A stretch of DNA of 29,787 bases from a virus (lineage: Duplodnaviria > Caudoviricetes), in the IMG/VR virus record IMGVR_UViG_3300048606_000148, positions 1 through 29,787 of that record; one strand, written 5' to 3'. Shown here in pieces: positions 17,421 to 25,813 of this stretch. Both the position numbers and the translations under genes were made by a program. The notes below the pieces were generated by a model. It made no database searches and was not told the DNA's origin. It was given only the letters and a program-made list of their open reading frames with translations. The number at the start of each line of letters is the position of its first letter. The first letter of the stretch is position 1.

Positions 17421-18325
17421 TAGGTCATCGGGAATCGGTTGTTGTCGACCCAAGGGAACGGGCCCTGCGGGGGGCCATCTGTCGACTTCTCATCGAGCCG
17501 CGTGAAGAGCCAGGGACCGAACGTCCGCGGGTCTTTCTTGCTGACGGTGGTAGTCGTCGTGAACCTGATCCGGTAGACGTAGAACGCCGCGCCGACGAAG
17601 TAGCGCGACCGATCGTCGATGGCGAGGCCGCTGACCGCCGAGAACGTTTCGCCGTCGACGGTGCTCCGGTCGACCATCTCCTCGGTGACGGCGTCGACGA
17701 GCGCGAGTCCTTCCTCACGCCGCGCTGAGTCGCTGTCGGACCGCGACGTGATGATGAAAAGGTGCCACTCCTGCTCGTATGCACTCACCCCGCGGCCGAG
17801 CTTGCCCCCGGCGGGCACTGGCCGTGACCTCTCCCACACCAGCACCGCCGAGGGGAACTGGTTCACCATCGACTTGAAAAGGTCCGCCGGTGCCCCGTCG
17901 ACGTTGGGCCGCAGCTGCTCGAAGAACCGCGCCTGCCGGAGCGCGGTCAGCCCGACCGCGTCGAGGCCACCGGTCATGGGGCCGGCGAGCACGCTCTTCG
18001 GCTCGATGTCAGCTGTGGCGGGCCACCACCGCAGCTCGGTCCCGGCGGGCAGGTTGTGCTCGTTGCCGCCGAGGACGCTGATCATCGTGACGGGATCGCC
18101 GGCCGTCGTGACGGTCCACCCCTCGTCGTCCGCCGGGTTCTCCGCGGTCTTCAACAGGAGGTCGAACCGCATCGCGCCACTGAGGATCGGTACCGCGTAG
18201 GTATTCGCGGGGAGGATGGCCGATGGCCCCGGCTCTGCCAGGACCGTGGCGGTCCCGCTGGCTCGCGCGCCCGTGAGTGGTTGCAGGACGGCGAGCAGCG
18301 CGCGGGCTTCCGAGAGGATGGTCAC
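17420..18325 (-). CDS. Tail terminator-like protein (Mu gp37-like) with an extra N-terminal baseplate-J-like beta domain
   Basis: 301 aa. C-terminal half FPSAVLVW...WHLFI...EGLALVDAVTEEM fits a terminator; N-terminal half aligns by eye with the J barrel. Confidence 0.6.
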   Translation of the reverse strand: MTILSEARALLAVLQPLTGARASGTATVLAEPGPSAILPANTYAVPILSGAMRFDLLLKTAENPADDEGWTVTTAGDPVTMISVLGGNEHNLPAGTELRWWPATADIEPKSVLAGPMTGGLDAVGLTALRQARFFEQLRPNVDGAPADLFKSMVNQFPSAVLVWERSRPVPAGGKLGRGVSAYEQEWHLFIITSRSDSDSARREEGLALVDAVTEEMVDRSTVDGETFSAVSGLAIDDRSRYFVGAAFYVYRIRFTTTTTVSKKDPRTFGPWLFTRLDEKSTDGPPQGPFPWVDNNRFPMT

Positions 18326-18735
18326 TCGGCCACCAGGTGGGACAGCATCAGGTCGACCACGTCATCGGCGATCGTGTCGGGGATCTCGAAGGGGTTGCGT
18401 TTGGGGATAACCGGCCCGCCGTGAAGGTGGTACCGGATGTAGGGCACGTTGGTCCCTGCCATCGCCCAATCGGGTCCGTGCTCCCCGTGGATCGACGTGA
18501 TGAGGTTGCCGCGGTCCTGAAGCAACTTGTGACCGGACTTCCCACGGCGCTTCGCCAGCGTCGACGCCGCGTGCCTCGGCCATCCAGGCCCCTCGGCTTC
18601 GAAGACGTCGTGCACGGCCGTCACGAGCATCTCGGCAATGACCGGTGTCAGTCCCCCGAGGTTCTTCCCTCGCCGCTCGAAGGACTGCGTCAGCAGCGCG
18701 AGCTCGGCCGTCGCGACAACGACGTCATCCGGCAT
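18322..18735 (-). CDS. Phage virion morphogenesis/tail completion protein (Mu gpG / P2 gpS-like)
   Basis: 137 aa with FEAEGPGW...ST...LLQDRGNLITSI...GTNVPYIRYHLHGG...IPKRNPF. Confidence 0.92.
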   Translation of the reverse strand: MPDDVVVATAELALLTQSFERRGKNLGGLTPVIAEMLVTAVHDVFEAEGPGWPRHAASTLAKRRGKSGHKLLQDRGNLITSIHGEHGPDWAMAGTNVPYIRYHLHGGPVIPKRNPFEIPDTIADDVVDLMLSHLVAE

Positions 18736-18961
18736 CGCCGATGAGCTCCGCCTCGAAGTGTTCGCGATCGACGATCGCGCGATCGCTGGTGTCGCGGCAG
18801 AGACGTGCCTCGTCCAGCACGCGGAAGCGCTGCACGAGCAGGGCGCCGATGACTTTGCCCATGTCGTCGCGACGCACCACCCATACCTCGAAGGGGAGGT
18901 CGGGGTAGTCGGCCTTCTTCGGCCAGATGGCGCCGCCGCCAGCGCTCCATTGAGGACCCAT
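18725..18961 (-). CDS. Hypothetical protein, 78 aa
   Basis: TGATG-coupled to the upstream gene, overlaps the next start, exactly fills the gap. Confidence 0.65.
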   Translation of the reverse strand: MGPQWSAGGGAIWPKKADYPDLPFEVWVVRRDDMGKVIGALLVQRFRVLDEARLCRDTSDRAIVDREHFEAELIGDAG

Positions 18962-19431
18962 CAGAACCCCCCCGCGCCTTTAGGATTCGAGCCGCTCGGC
19001 GCGATGATGAACGTTGGGTCGGGCGCCGTCAGGCGGCCCGTCAAGTTGGACTTCGCGCCCGCGTCGATCAGCCGGAGCTGCCCCTTCACCAGCATGCCCA
19101 GCATCTCCTTCGCGTCCCGCCGGAGCTTCTCGTACGGGCCCTCGCCGTCGGCGTTCAGCCACTCCGACTTGCTCTCGCCACGGAAGCCGAGCGCGATCGA
19201 TGTGGCGGCGCTTCGCAGCGCCGGGTTGGCCTGCACCAACGGGAGATCGAGCTGCGCGCGCGACATCCCCTTGGACTCGAGGAACATCCGGACCCACTGA
19301 TCCGCTTGGTCGGCGAACCGCTCGACGAGCTCGTCATCGGCAACGCCGTCGCCGTCTTCATCGAACAGCTGCGCGATCCGCTGCGCGCCAACGGCGGCCT
19401 CGAGATCTTCCAAGCTCGTGAAGTCAGCCAC
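18961..19431 (-). CDS. Head-tail adaptor (Mu gp36/DUF1320-like)
   Basis: 156 aa with FTSLEDLEAAVGAQRIAQLFDEDGDG...A...L.MLVKGQLRL. Confidence 0.88.
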   Translation of the reverse strand: MADFTSLEDLEAAVGAQRIAQLFDEDGDGVADDELVERFADQADQWVRMFLESKGMSRAQLDLPLVQANPALRSAATSIALGFRGESKSEWLNADGEGPYEKLRRDAKEMLGMLVKGQLRLIDAGAKSNLTGRLTAPDPTFIIAPSGSNPKGAGGF

Positions 19432-19443
19432 GGCGCCGCCGCG

Positions 19444-19809
19444 TCAGCGGTACTCGTGCTCGATCGCGCCGTTCTCTTGGAACCTCGCGAGCTCGGCCTC
19501 GCTGCAGTAGTCCGGCATCACTTGCCCCTGGAGGATCGTCACCCGGCCGCCGATCGGCGCCTTGGTCTTCGGGTCGATCTTCGACTTGGGGTTCCAGAGC
19601 TCGATGTTCATCGCTGCCACGAACTTCCCCGTGGCGCGCTTCGGCCGTTTCGTCACCTTGCCGGGCTCGTCGGCGGACTCGTCGTCGGCGTCGCGTCGGG
19701 GCGCAGAGTCGCGCGCGGCCTTTTCGACCGCATCGACGAGCTCGGCCTTGCGTTCTGCGGCGGTGGCGGCTTTGTCGGCCTTTTCCTTCGGGGTCTCGGG
19801 TCCGTTCAT
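19444..19809 (-). CDS. Hypothetical post-capsid protein
   Basis: 121 aa, strong AGGAGG SD, charged N-terminus, C-terminal ELARFQENGAIE. Confidence 0.8.
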   Translation of the reverse strand: MNGPETPKEKADKAATAAERKAELVDAVEKAARDSAPRRDADDESADEPGKVTKRPKRATGKFVAAMNIELWNPKSKIDPKTKAPIGGRVTILQGQVMPDYCSEAELARFQENGAIEHEYR

Positions 19810-19836
19810 GTGGTCGTCCTCCTGTGGGTGCGGCCG

Positions 19837-19867
19837 ATGGTCCCCCGTCGGCGTTGCCGCGTCAGGT
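19837..19867 (-). promoter_or_regulatory. Putative late promoter copy 5 (ACCTG-N20-GACCAT), leadered
   Basis: Same geometry, followed by 27 nt containing AGGAGG before ATG 19809. A second ACCTG lies 11 nt upstream. Confidence 0.55.
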
Positions 19868-19882
19868 CCCGTTCAGGTCCAG

Positions 19883-20932
19883 TTACTGGCTGACGTCGTA
19901 GACGACGCCGCCGATGGAATCGGACGCCATCACGATCGCTTCTTGATGACCCGCGATCAGCATCGTCCCGCCCGCGTACCCGCGGACGTCGAGGAACACC
20001 TGGCGGATCTGCCAGCCGGTACCGCTCGGACCCTTCACGCGGAACGTGTTGACCGTCGCCATGTCCTCGCCTGTTCGCGGGACCCCTGGGATCCCGTGGG
20101 TCCCGACGATGGTGTCGTTCAGGATCGAGTCGAGGTTCAGCGTTGTCTCGTTCAGAACCTTCGCCGCAACCACGTGGATGTTGCCTACGCCCGGGATCGC
20201 GAAGTCCTCCGCGGCCGCAACGATTTGCGGCGAGGGAGCGTTGTGGCCGAGCATCTGCAGCATGTGGGCTCTGACGGCCGGGTGCCGGATGTACGCGTCC
20301 GCGATCTCCTGGTTCATCCACCAATCGGTGATGCGGGCGGCGCTCCCCTGGCGACGGCGCGATAGATCGCCGAGCGGGTCGGAGTTGGCCCCGACGGGGT
20401 CGGTCCACTCGAAGCCGGCGCCGAGCGTCACCTTGTTGGCGGCGGCCCAGTTGCCGGCGAGGGTCAGCACGGCCCAGAGCCGAATCTCACGGTCGAGGTC
20501 CATTGCCTCCCGGATTCGCTTCGCGCCCGCCAGCATCGGGTCGAATACAGATTGGGAGGCCGTGATCGCCGGGATGAAGCATCCGAGCGCGCGGTGCTCG
20601 GCCGTGTAGCTCTTGAGTTCCGTCTCCGGATCGACTTCGTTGATCGCGCCCTGGAGGGACGTGTTGACGTTGACACGCTTGAACGTGTTGACCTTCGTGA
20701 AGTTTCGGTAGCTGCCGGTCTCTTTGTCGACGAGGATCGGCGGGCTGACCTGGTCGGCGCGGAAGTCCGACTGCTGCGAGTATCCCCCGAGGTAGGTCTC
20801 GATCTCGCCCGTGATGTAGGTGTCCTGCGGGGACAACGCCATCGTAACGGTCTGGCCCGCTCGGCCCACGCCCGGCGCGTCGTCGATGAGCTTGAACGTG
20901 ATGCTCTTTTCCTGCGGTGCCGTGAAGTTCAT
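19883..20932 (-). CDS. Major capsid protein, 349 aa
   Basis: 3' part of track ORF 19883..21157; start MNFTAPQ at 20932 after AAGGA. Patterns FRADQVSPPILVDKETGSY, LDREIR and WTDPVGANSDPLGDL fit a capsid protein. Confidence 0.9.
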   Translation of the reverse strand: MNFTAPQEKSITFKLIDDAPGVGRAGQTVTMALSPQDTYITGEIETYLGGYSQQSDFRADQVSPPILVDKETGSYRNFTKVNTFKRVNVNTSLQGAINEVDPETELKSYTAEHRALGCFIPAITASQSVFDPMLAGAKRIREAMDLDREIRLWAVLTLAGNWAAANKVTLGAGFEWTDPVGANSDPLGDLSRRRQGSAARITDWWMNQEIADAYIRHPAVRAHMLQMLGHNAPSPQIVAAAEDFAIPGVGNIHVVAAKVLNETTLNLDSILNDTIVGTHGIPGVPRTGEDMATVNTFRVKGPSGTGWQIRQVFLDVRGYAGGTMLIAGHQEAIVMASDSIGGVVYDVSQ

Positions 20933-20987
20933 TTGACGTGGGTCCTTTGGTTCCGACGATTCGTCGCTGGGTGATGAAAGTTCGGGC

Positions 20988-21392
20988 TTAGCCCTGGAAG
21001 GTCTCGCCCTCGCCGGCGAGCTCGACCTCGACGTCCTGATCGATGGCGCTCGCGGCCGACTTCGCGATGCCGAGAAAGCCGTGGTTGACGCCGGCGCCAG
21101 GCGAAGACGTGATCGCTTTGCCGGCTGCGTCGGTCGTGAGCCGGACGCCGGCCACAATCGCGGCGCCGGACGTCACGATTCCTTTCTTCTCTGACTGCAC
21201 GTCGCCGTAGAGGCCCGGCGGGACCGCCGCCATCGTGACGCCGAGGATCACGTCACCAACGGCGGTCGCGAGGTCCATCTCCTCGGTGACGGCGGTCGCC
21301 TTGACGATACGCTTGGCCGGGATCGCAGCGACGTTCACGTTCTTGTACGCCCGTACCCCATCGGCGGGGACCATTCGGCGAGCTGTCGGCAT
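20988..21392 (-). CDS. Capsid decoration/cement protein (DUF2190-like)
   Basis: 134 aa with ILGVT...GAAIVAGVRLTTDAAGKAI...GIAKSAA, just upstream of the capsid gene. Confidence 0.85.
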   Translation of the reverse strand: MPTARRMVPADGVRAYKNVNVAAIPAKRIVKATAVTEEMDLATAVGDVILGVTMAAVPPGLYGDVQSEKKGIVTSGAAIVAGVRLTTDAAGKAITSSPGAGVNHGFLGIAKSAASAIDQDVEVELAGEGETFQG

Positions 21393-21446
21393 GATGTTTT
21401 ACCTGTCGGTTGGGTAGAGGTTGCTGGGTGCAGTCGATTGGCGCGT

Positions 21447-22115
21447 TCAGGCGAGCACGATGCGGTGCGCGTTCGCTTGCCGGAACGTCCCGGCTCGCGC
21501 GATCTGGTCTTTCCAGGGGAGCTTGCCGAAGTCCGGGTCCTGCTTTTTGAGGTGCGCGATCACGCGCTCCGTCGGATTGCCGGTGAAGTTCCGGAGGTCG
21601 ACGGGGGTGGCGTCTTCGCCACCTTCGTTCGGCGAGGTGATCGTCAGCGGGGCGCCGACGGTCGGTGTCCTCACCTGGGTGCCGCCCGTGCCCGCCGCGA
21701 AGGTCGAAAGCAGGTGCGCGCGCTGCGCGTCCGGGATCGGGTATTCCTTGCGGAACTCATCCGGGTTCTCCTTGAAGGCCTTCAGCAGCAGCTTCTTGGT
21801 GTTCTCCGGCATCTTGTGGACACTCATCGCGGCCGCGACCTCCACCTCGGCCGCCTGATCCTCGAAGCCGGCGAGCTTCTTCAGCGCGTCCTCGAGCTTG
21901 CCGGAGAGGCCCTTGAGCTCCTCTTTGGCTTTGAGCAGCCCGGGCAGGTTCTTCACCAGCTCGGCCAGCTCGGTGAACCCCGTCGCCTTGAGGACGTCGG
22001 CGATCTCGCGCTTCAGCTTCACGGCCGTGTCGGCTTCCGTGACGATCGCGTCCTCTGCGCCCTCGGAGGCGAGGTTGATGCTGAAGAGCTTCGCGAGTCG
22101 TTGAGCGAGGGTCAT
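21447..22115 (-). CDS. Nested in-frame scaffold protein (Mu gpZ-like), 222 aa
   Basis: GGAG SD 8 nt before the in-frame ATG at 22115, which starts the helical domain (MTLAQRLAKLF). Confidence 0.6.
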   Translation of the reverse strand: MTLAQRLAKLFSINLASEGAEDAIVTEADTAVKLKREIADVLKATGFTELAELVKNLPGLLKAKEELKGLSGKLEDALKKLAGFEDQAAEVEVAAAMSVHKMPENTKKLLLKAFKENPDEFRKEYPIPDAQRAHLLSTFAAGTGGTQVRTPTVGAPLTITSPNEGGEDATPVDLRNFTGNPTERVIAHLKKQDPDFGKLPWKDQIARAGTFRQANAHRIVLA

Positions 22116-22841
22116 GGTGGAAACTCCGGGCTGGTTGGTGGCCGCCCCCCTGGAGGCGCGGACCATTCTGTCGACAACATCAGCGAACTCTGGATTGGCA
22201 CGCATGTTGGCCAGCAGCTCCGCTGCAAAGTCGCTGGCGGCGAGCGGGGTCAGGTCCCGAATGAAAGGCTTGTTCGTGAAGGCGACGCTCGTCATCAGGG
22301 CGCCGATCGACTCCCCGGTGACCGGGTGCGTCGCCTGCGGGGCGTACGCGATGGAGACGTAGGTCATCTCCCCCTTCTCGATCATTCCCTTCACGTCGTC
22401 GCCGAGCTGCGCCCACACCCAGAGCTGCGCCCGCCCGTCGTCCCCGTTTCGGAGCTGGACGTCCATCCCCCATGCCGGCGCCTTCTCGTTTTTCGCCGGG
22501 TCACCGATCCGCGGGTCCATCTCGGACACGTGCGCGAAGTCGAAGGGAACGACCTTGCCCTCACCGAGGGAGTTGCCCCCGAGCTTGAAGCGGGGGTCCG
22601 CTTTGAAGTTCTTGACGATCTGCTCGAGCGTCGCGCGCGTGATGGCCACGCCCCCACCTGGGTAGCCGTCGTAGTTGCCCTCGTTGGCCACGTGAATCCA
22701 GCGCGGGTTCGGCTGCGGTTCACCGACCTTGGGTGGCGAGACGGCGAGGAGAACTCCGACGCCGTAGGTCGCCGTCGGCTTGGTCGGCGCACAGAGCACC
22801 AGCGGGATCACGTGCTCGCGGAGCAGCTTGGCCTTACGCAT
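21447..22841 (-). CDS. Prohead protease/scaffold (Mu gpI-like)
   Basis: PFDFAHVSE, APAWG, IEKGEMTYVS and SVAFTNKPFIRDLTPL motifs, with a coiled-coil C-terminal half. ATG 22841 preferred over TTG 22850. Confidence 0.92.
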   Translation of the reverse strand: MRKAKLLREHVIPLVLCAPTKPTATYGVGVLLAVSPPKVGEPQPNPRWIHVANEGNYDGYPGGGVAITRATLEQIVKNFKADPRFKLGGNSLGEGKVVPFDFAHVSEMDPRIGDPAKNEKAPAWGMDVQLRNGDDGRAQLWVWAQLGDDVKGMIEKGEMTYVSIAYAPQATHPVTGESIGALMTSVAFTNKPFIRDLTPLAASDFAAELLANMRANPEFADVVDRMVRASRGAATNQPGVSTMTLAQRLAKLFSINLASEGAEDAIVTEADTAVKLKREIADVLKATGFTELAELVKNLPGLLKAKEELKGLSGKLEDALKKLAGFEDQAAEVEVAAAMSVHKMPENTKKLLLKAFKENPDEFRKEYPIPDAQRAHLLSTFAAGTGGTQVRTPTVGAPLTITSPNEGGEDATPVDLRNFTGNPTERVIAHLKKQDPDFGKLPWKDQIARAGTFRQANAHRIVLA

Positions 22842-22849
22842 CGACGCCA

Positions 22850-22880
22850 AGGTTCGGGCAGGCGTTTCAGGCCCGCATGT
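22850..22880 (-). promoter_or_regulatory. Putative late promoter copy 6 (ACATG-N20-GAACCT, 8 nt before ATG 22841)
   Basis: Same spacing, position analogous to the Mu PI promoter, no SD. Confidence 0.5.
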
Positions 22881-22892
22881 TGGGTGCGCGGT

Positions 22893-23915
22893 TCAGAGCG
22901 CCGGGCCGCGGGACTCCCACCCGGGATCCTGGGCCGCCTCGAGCACGCTGCCGTCGACGAGCTCGAGCCCCAGCCGCTTTGCTTCCACCTCGCTGCGGCT
23001 GACGAACCTACATCGGCAATTGTGGCCGAGCGGCGTCCAGAGATGGCGGAACACCGGGTCGGTCGCGAGCGCCGCTTTCCCGTTCGCCTTCTTGTGGCGC
23101 GGCCGCATCCTGTCGTCCCCCACGCCCTTGAGCTGGAAGATCGGTCGGGCCTTCAGGACCTCGGGCTGAAACATCTGCTTGCGCCGCCCGGCCCCGTGCG
23201 CACCCACGACGTTGTTGCGGAAGATGAGCTCGACGTGGCTCTTGTTCGCCGGCACCCACCCGGCGGACTCGAGGCGCTCCTTGGCGAAGCGCTTGAAGTC
23301 TTCGAGGCTCGCCCCCTGCTCGAGCTGCCTCGCGAGCTCGGCGTGCACGGCGCCGAGCAGGTCCTCGTTCGCGAGCCGCGCGACCGTGAAGGCGCGCCGC
23401 TTCGCCGATGCGTCGAGCGCCCGGAACGCGTCGGGCCGAAGGACGTGCTTCGACTTGAACCAAGAGATGGCTTCGCCAAAGGGCTTGTCGGCGAAACCCG
23501 GCAGAGGGGGGATGGCGACGAACCGCGGCTGGGCAACGGTGCCGCCGGTCTCGTATTCCCAATTGGCGTCGAGCGCGCCGAGCGCCGCGCAGTGCAGCAT
23601 CCGCTCGTAGGCGTTGCGAGCGAATGCCTTCAGGTCATTGCGCTTAGCGGCGGCGCGCGTCTGACTGCGAATAGCGCCCGCGCTGTCGGCATTGCCAATA
23701 GCGTCAACGATGCGTTCCGCCCACCGGGCCGTCTCCGTGATGCCGCGGTCGATGCCCTTCTCGATGAGCGCCTCGGGCGATCCGTAGAGGGTGCTCGGCT
23801 GGCGCGCGCAGCGGATGCGCGCCTCGAGCTCCTCGACCTCGCCCCGAAAGAGCTCACTGGCGAACCCCTCGAGCACGACGCGGTATCGCCTATCGCGGGG
23901 CCGTCGGATCTTCAT
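22893..23915 (-). CDS. MuF-like minor head protein, 340 aa (short form, no visible toxin extension)
   Basis: RAFTVARL, LIFRNNV...GR, VGDDRMRPRH and PLGHNCRC motifs; start MKIRRP at 23915. Confidence 0.92.
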   Translation of the reverse strand: MKIRRPRDRRYRVVLEGFASELFRGEVEELEARIRCARQPSTLYGSPEALIEKGIDRGITETARWAERIVDAIGNADSAGAIRSQTRAAAKRNDLKAFARNAYERMLHCAALGALDANWEYETGGTVAQPRFVAIPPLPGFADKPFGEAISWFKSKHVLRPDAFRALDASAKRRAFTVARLANEDLLGAVHAELARQLEQGASLEDFKRFAKERLESAGWVPANKSHVELIFRNNVVGAHGAGRRKQMFQPEVLKARPIFQLKGVGDDRMRPRHKKANGKAALATDPVFRHLWTPLGHNCRCRFVSRSEVEAKRLGLELVDGSVLEAAQDPGWESRGPAL

Positions 23916-25806
23916 CGTCGGCCGGCGGTGGCGGAGGAGGCTTCTTTCCCGGGGGCGGCTTCTTGCCGAACGGCGGCGGGGCCTTCGGTGGTGGTGCTCC
24001 ACCGGGCGGCGGTGCGCCCGCCGGTGGGTGACCGAACGGTGGGGGCGGTTTGGGCAGCGCGTCCTCGCCGAACTCCGTCTTGACGTCGTCCTTCCCCTCG
24101 GCGGCGCCGGTCTGCTCGCCGGCCGTTTCCCGCTTCTTCTTGAACTCTGGGACGGTCAGCTCGCCGTCGGGATCGGGCTTGCCGTCGGGTAGGAGTAGCG
24201 GCTCGAGGCCGGCGTTGCGGCGGACCTCGTTGACCTTGGTGACGACGGCGAGATCGCTCGGCGTGATGGCGAGGCCTGTGGCATCGGCTTCCTCGTCGCC
24301 CTCGACCGGCGCGAGGTCCGGCGCCGACGCGAGCTCGCCGGGCTCGGGGCTCTCGCCTTTCGGGTAGACGACCGTCGGCACGGGGGCCCCGGGGGTGCCA
24401 TCCGGGCCAGCAGGCCCGCGCACGTTGTAAATGAACGCTTCATCCTCGCCGGGTCGGCGGTAACCGGTGCGCTCGTAGGCCTCCTCGAGCGAGATCTTGA
24501 GACCGATCGAGAGCGCGTCCTTCAGGCCTGCCCTTTCCTTCGCTGGATCGGGCGGCCCCTCGAGTGCCTCCACCGTGATGGTCGGAGCGAACGGCGCCGC
24601 CTCGATGCCCTTATTGACAACGACGATCGGGAGCGCGACCTGGTGGGTCAGCCAATTGCCGATCCGCTTCCAATCCGACGAGATGATGAGCGAGAGCTCG
24701 TCACTCGCCTGTGCGGATTGACCTGAGCCGATGCCCTCCGGCTGCGTCGACGTTGTGCTGGTGTGGCCGACGCAGAGCTTCGAGATCTGATCCTCGGCAT
24801 GCTTGATGACATCCCCGTGGACGTCGCCCGCGCCCTTTGGCGGCATCACGACATCCGCGTCCATCCCGTAGGGCAGGACGGCTGTCGTCGAGCCCCCGAG
24901 CTTGTCCAGGATGTCTTTGGTGGCGTCGATGGCGACGTCGTCATAGCCAGCGTCGCTGCCCGCCATCCCCTTGCCGATCCGCCACCCCTTGCCGAAGATC
25001 TCCATCAGGATGACGCGCTCGCGCGTCCCGTACCGGGCGAAGAAGCTCCAATAGAGACAGCGGCGCGCCAGCCCTTCGCGCTCCGGGAGATCGCCGAACA
25101 GCCGCGGCTTCGCGACGATGAACTTGAACGGCGTCTCCTCGATGGGGAAACCGACGTTGGTAAACCCGGGCGACTCGAATCGCTCGTCGATGATCCGTAG
25201 GTTCCGGTGCGCGTCGAACGAGAGCCGCATCGGGAAGATCCAGTTGAGCCCGACAACGTTCCAAGGCGTCGACCCGGCGCGGAGCGCCCACTCGAGCTCG
25301 AGCGCGGAGCGCCCGTCGAACGCCGCCCACGCGATATCAATCAGCGCGGATTGCATGTCGGGGATCTGCTGGAACTGCGCCCTGACGATGTCGGCGTATT
25401 CCTGCGCACGGTCCTCGTCGACGTCCTCACCGGACGCGGGCGTCACACAGAGGCGGCCGGCCGCGACGCGGTTCATCCGCTTCTGAACCTCGGCCGACAT
25501 GTGGCCGTTGACCTCCATGACCTCGCGCGACAGCTCCGTAATGCCCCGCATCTGACCGGCGTTCGCCCCCCGGATGACGGACTCGATGCGGTCGAGCGAG
25601 AGCGAGCGCCCGTAGTAGGAGCGGGTTGCGCGCGGCGAAACCTCACCCGCGATGTTCTGCTTCAGGATCTCGACCGGGACCTGGCCGGCCAGCAGCATCG
25701 TGGCGAGCTTCCGAGCGGTCTGCTCGCTCAAGCTCTGACGGGTGACGGTCGCGAGCGCGCGCGCACCGTTCTGCCGCTCCTGGGCCCTGGTTCGCGGTCT
25801 CGGCAC
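23890..25806 (-). CDS. Portal protein (Mu gp29/DUF935-like) with a Pro-rich C-terminal tail
   Basis: FDGRSALELEW, GLARRCLYWSFF...FG, ISKLCVGHTSTT motifs, between terminase and MuF. GTG 25806 preferred from promoter geometry; GTG 25830 is the alternative. Confidence 0.92.
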   Translation of the reverse strand: MPRPRTRAQERQNGARALATVTRQSLSEQTARKLATMLLAGQVPVEILKQNIAGEVSPRATRSYYGRSLSLDRIESVIRGANAGQMRGITELSREVMEVNGHMSAEVQKRMNRVAAGRLCVTPASGEDVDEDRAQEYADIVRAQFQQIPDMQSALIDIAWAAFDGRSALELEWALRAGSTPWNVVGLNWIFPMRLSFDAHRNLRIIDERFESPGFTNVGFPIEETPFKFIVAKPRLFGDLPEREGLARRCLYWSFFARYGTRERVILMEIFGKGWRIGKGMAGSDAGYDDVAIDATKDILDKLGGSTTAVLPYGMDADVVMPPKGAGDVHGDVIKHAEDQISKLCVGHTSTTSTQPEGIGSGQSAQASDELSLIISSDWKRIGNWLTHQVALPIVVVNKGIEAAPFAPTITVEALEGPPDPAKERAGLKDALSIGLKISLEEAYERTGYRRPGEDEAFIYNVRGPAGPDGTPGAPVPTVVYPKGESPEPGELASAPDLAPVEGDEEADATGLAITPSDLAVVTKVNEVRRNAGLEPLLLPDGKPDPDGELTVPEFKKKRETAGEQTGAAEGKDDVKTEFGEDALPKPPPPFGHPPAGAPPPGGAPPPKAPPPFGKKPPPGKKPPPPPPADDEDPTAPR

Positions 25807-25813
25807 CCGGGCG

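Noticed and set aside
22893-23915. MuF-fused polymorphic toxin
   Set aside because: The protein ends shortly after the HNCRC motif, with no toxin domain or immunity gene
21438-24083. 881-aa plus-strand ORF and other long plus-strand ORFs (e.g. 25207..26472, 2365..3399, 6767..7786)
   Set aside because: They lie antisense to well-supported phage genes, are Arg/Gly-rich and show no motifs; typical high-GC shadow ORFs
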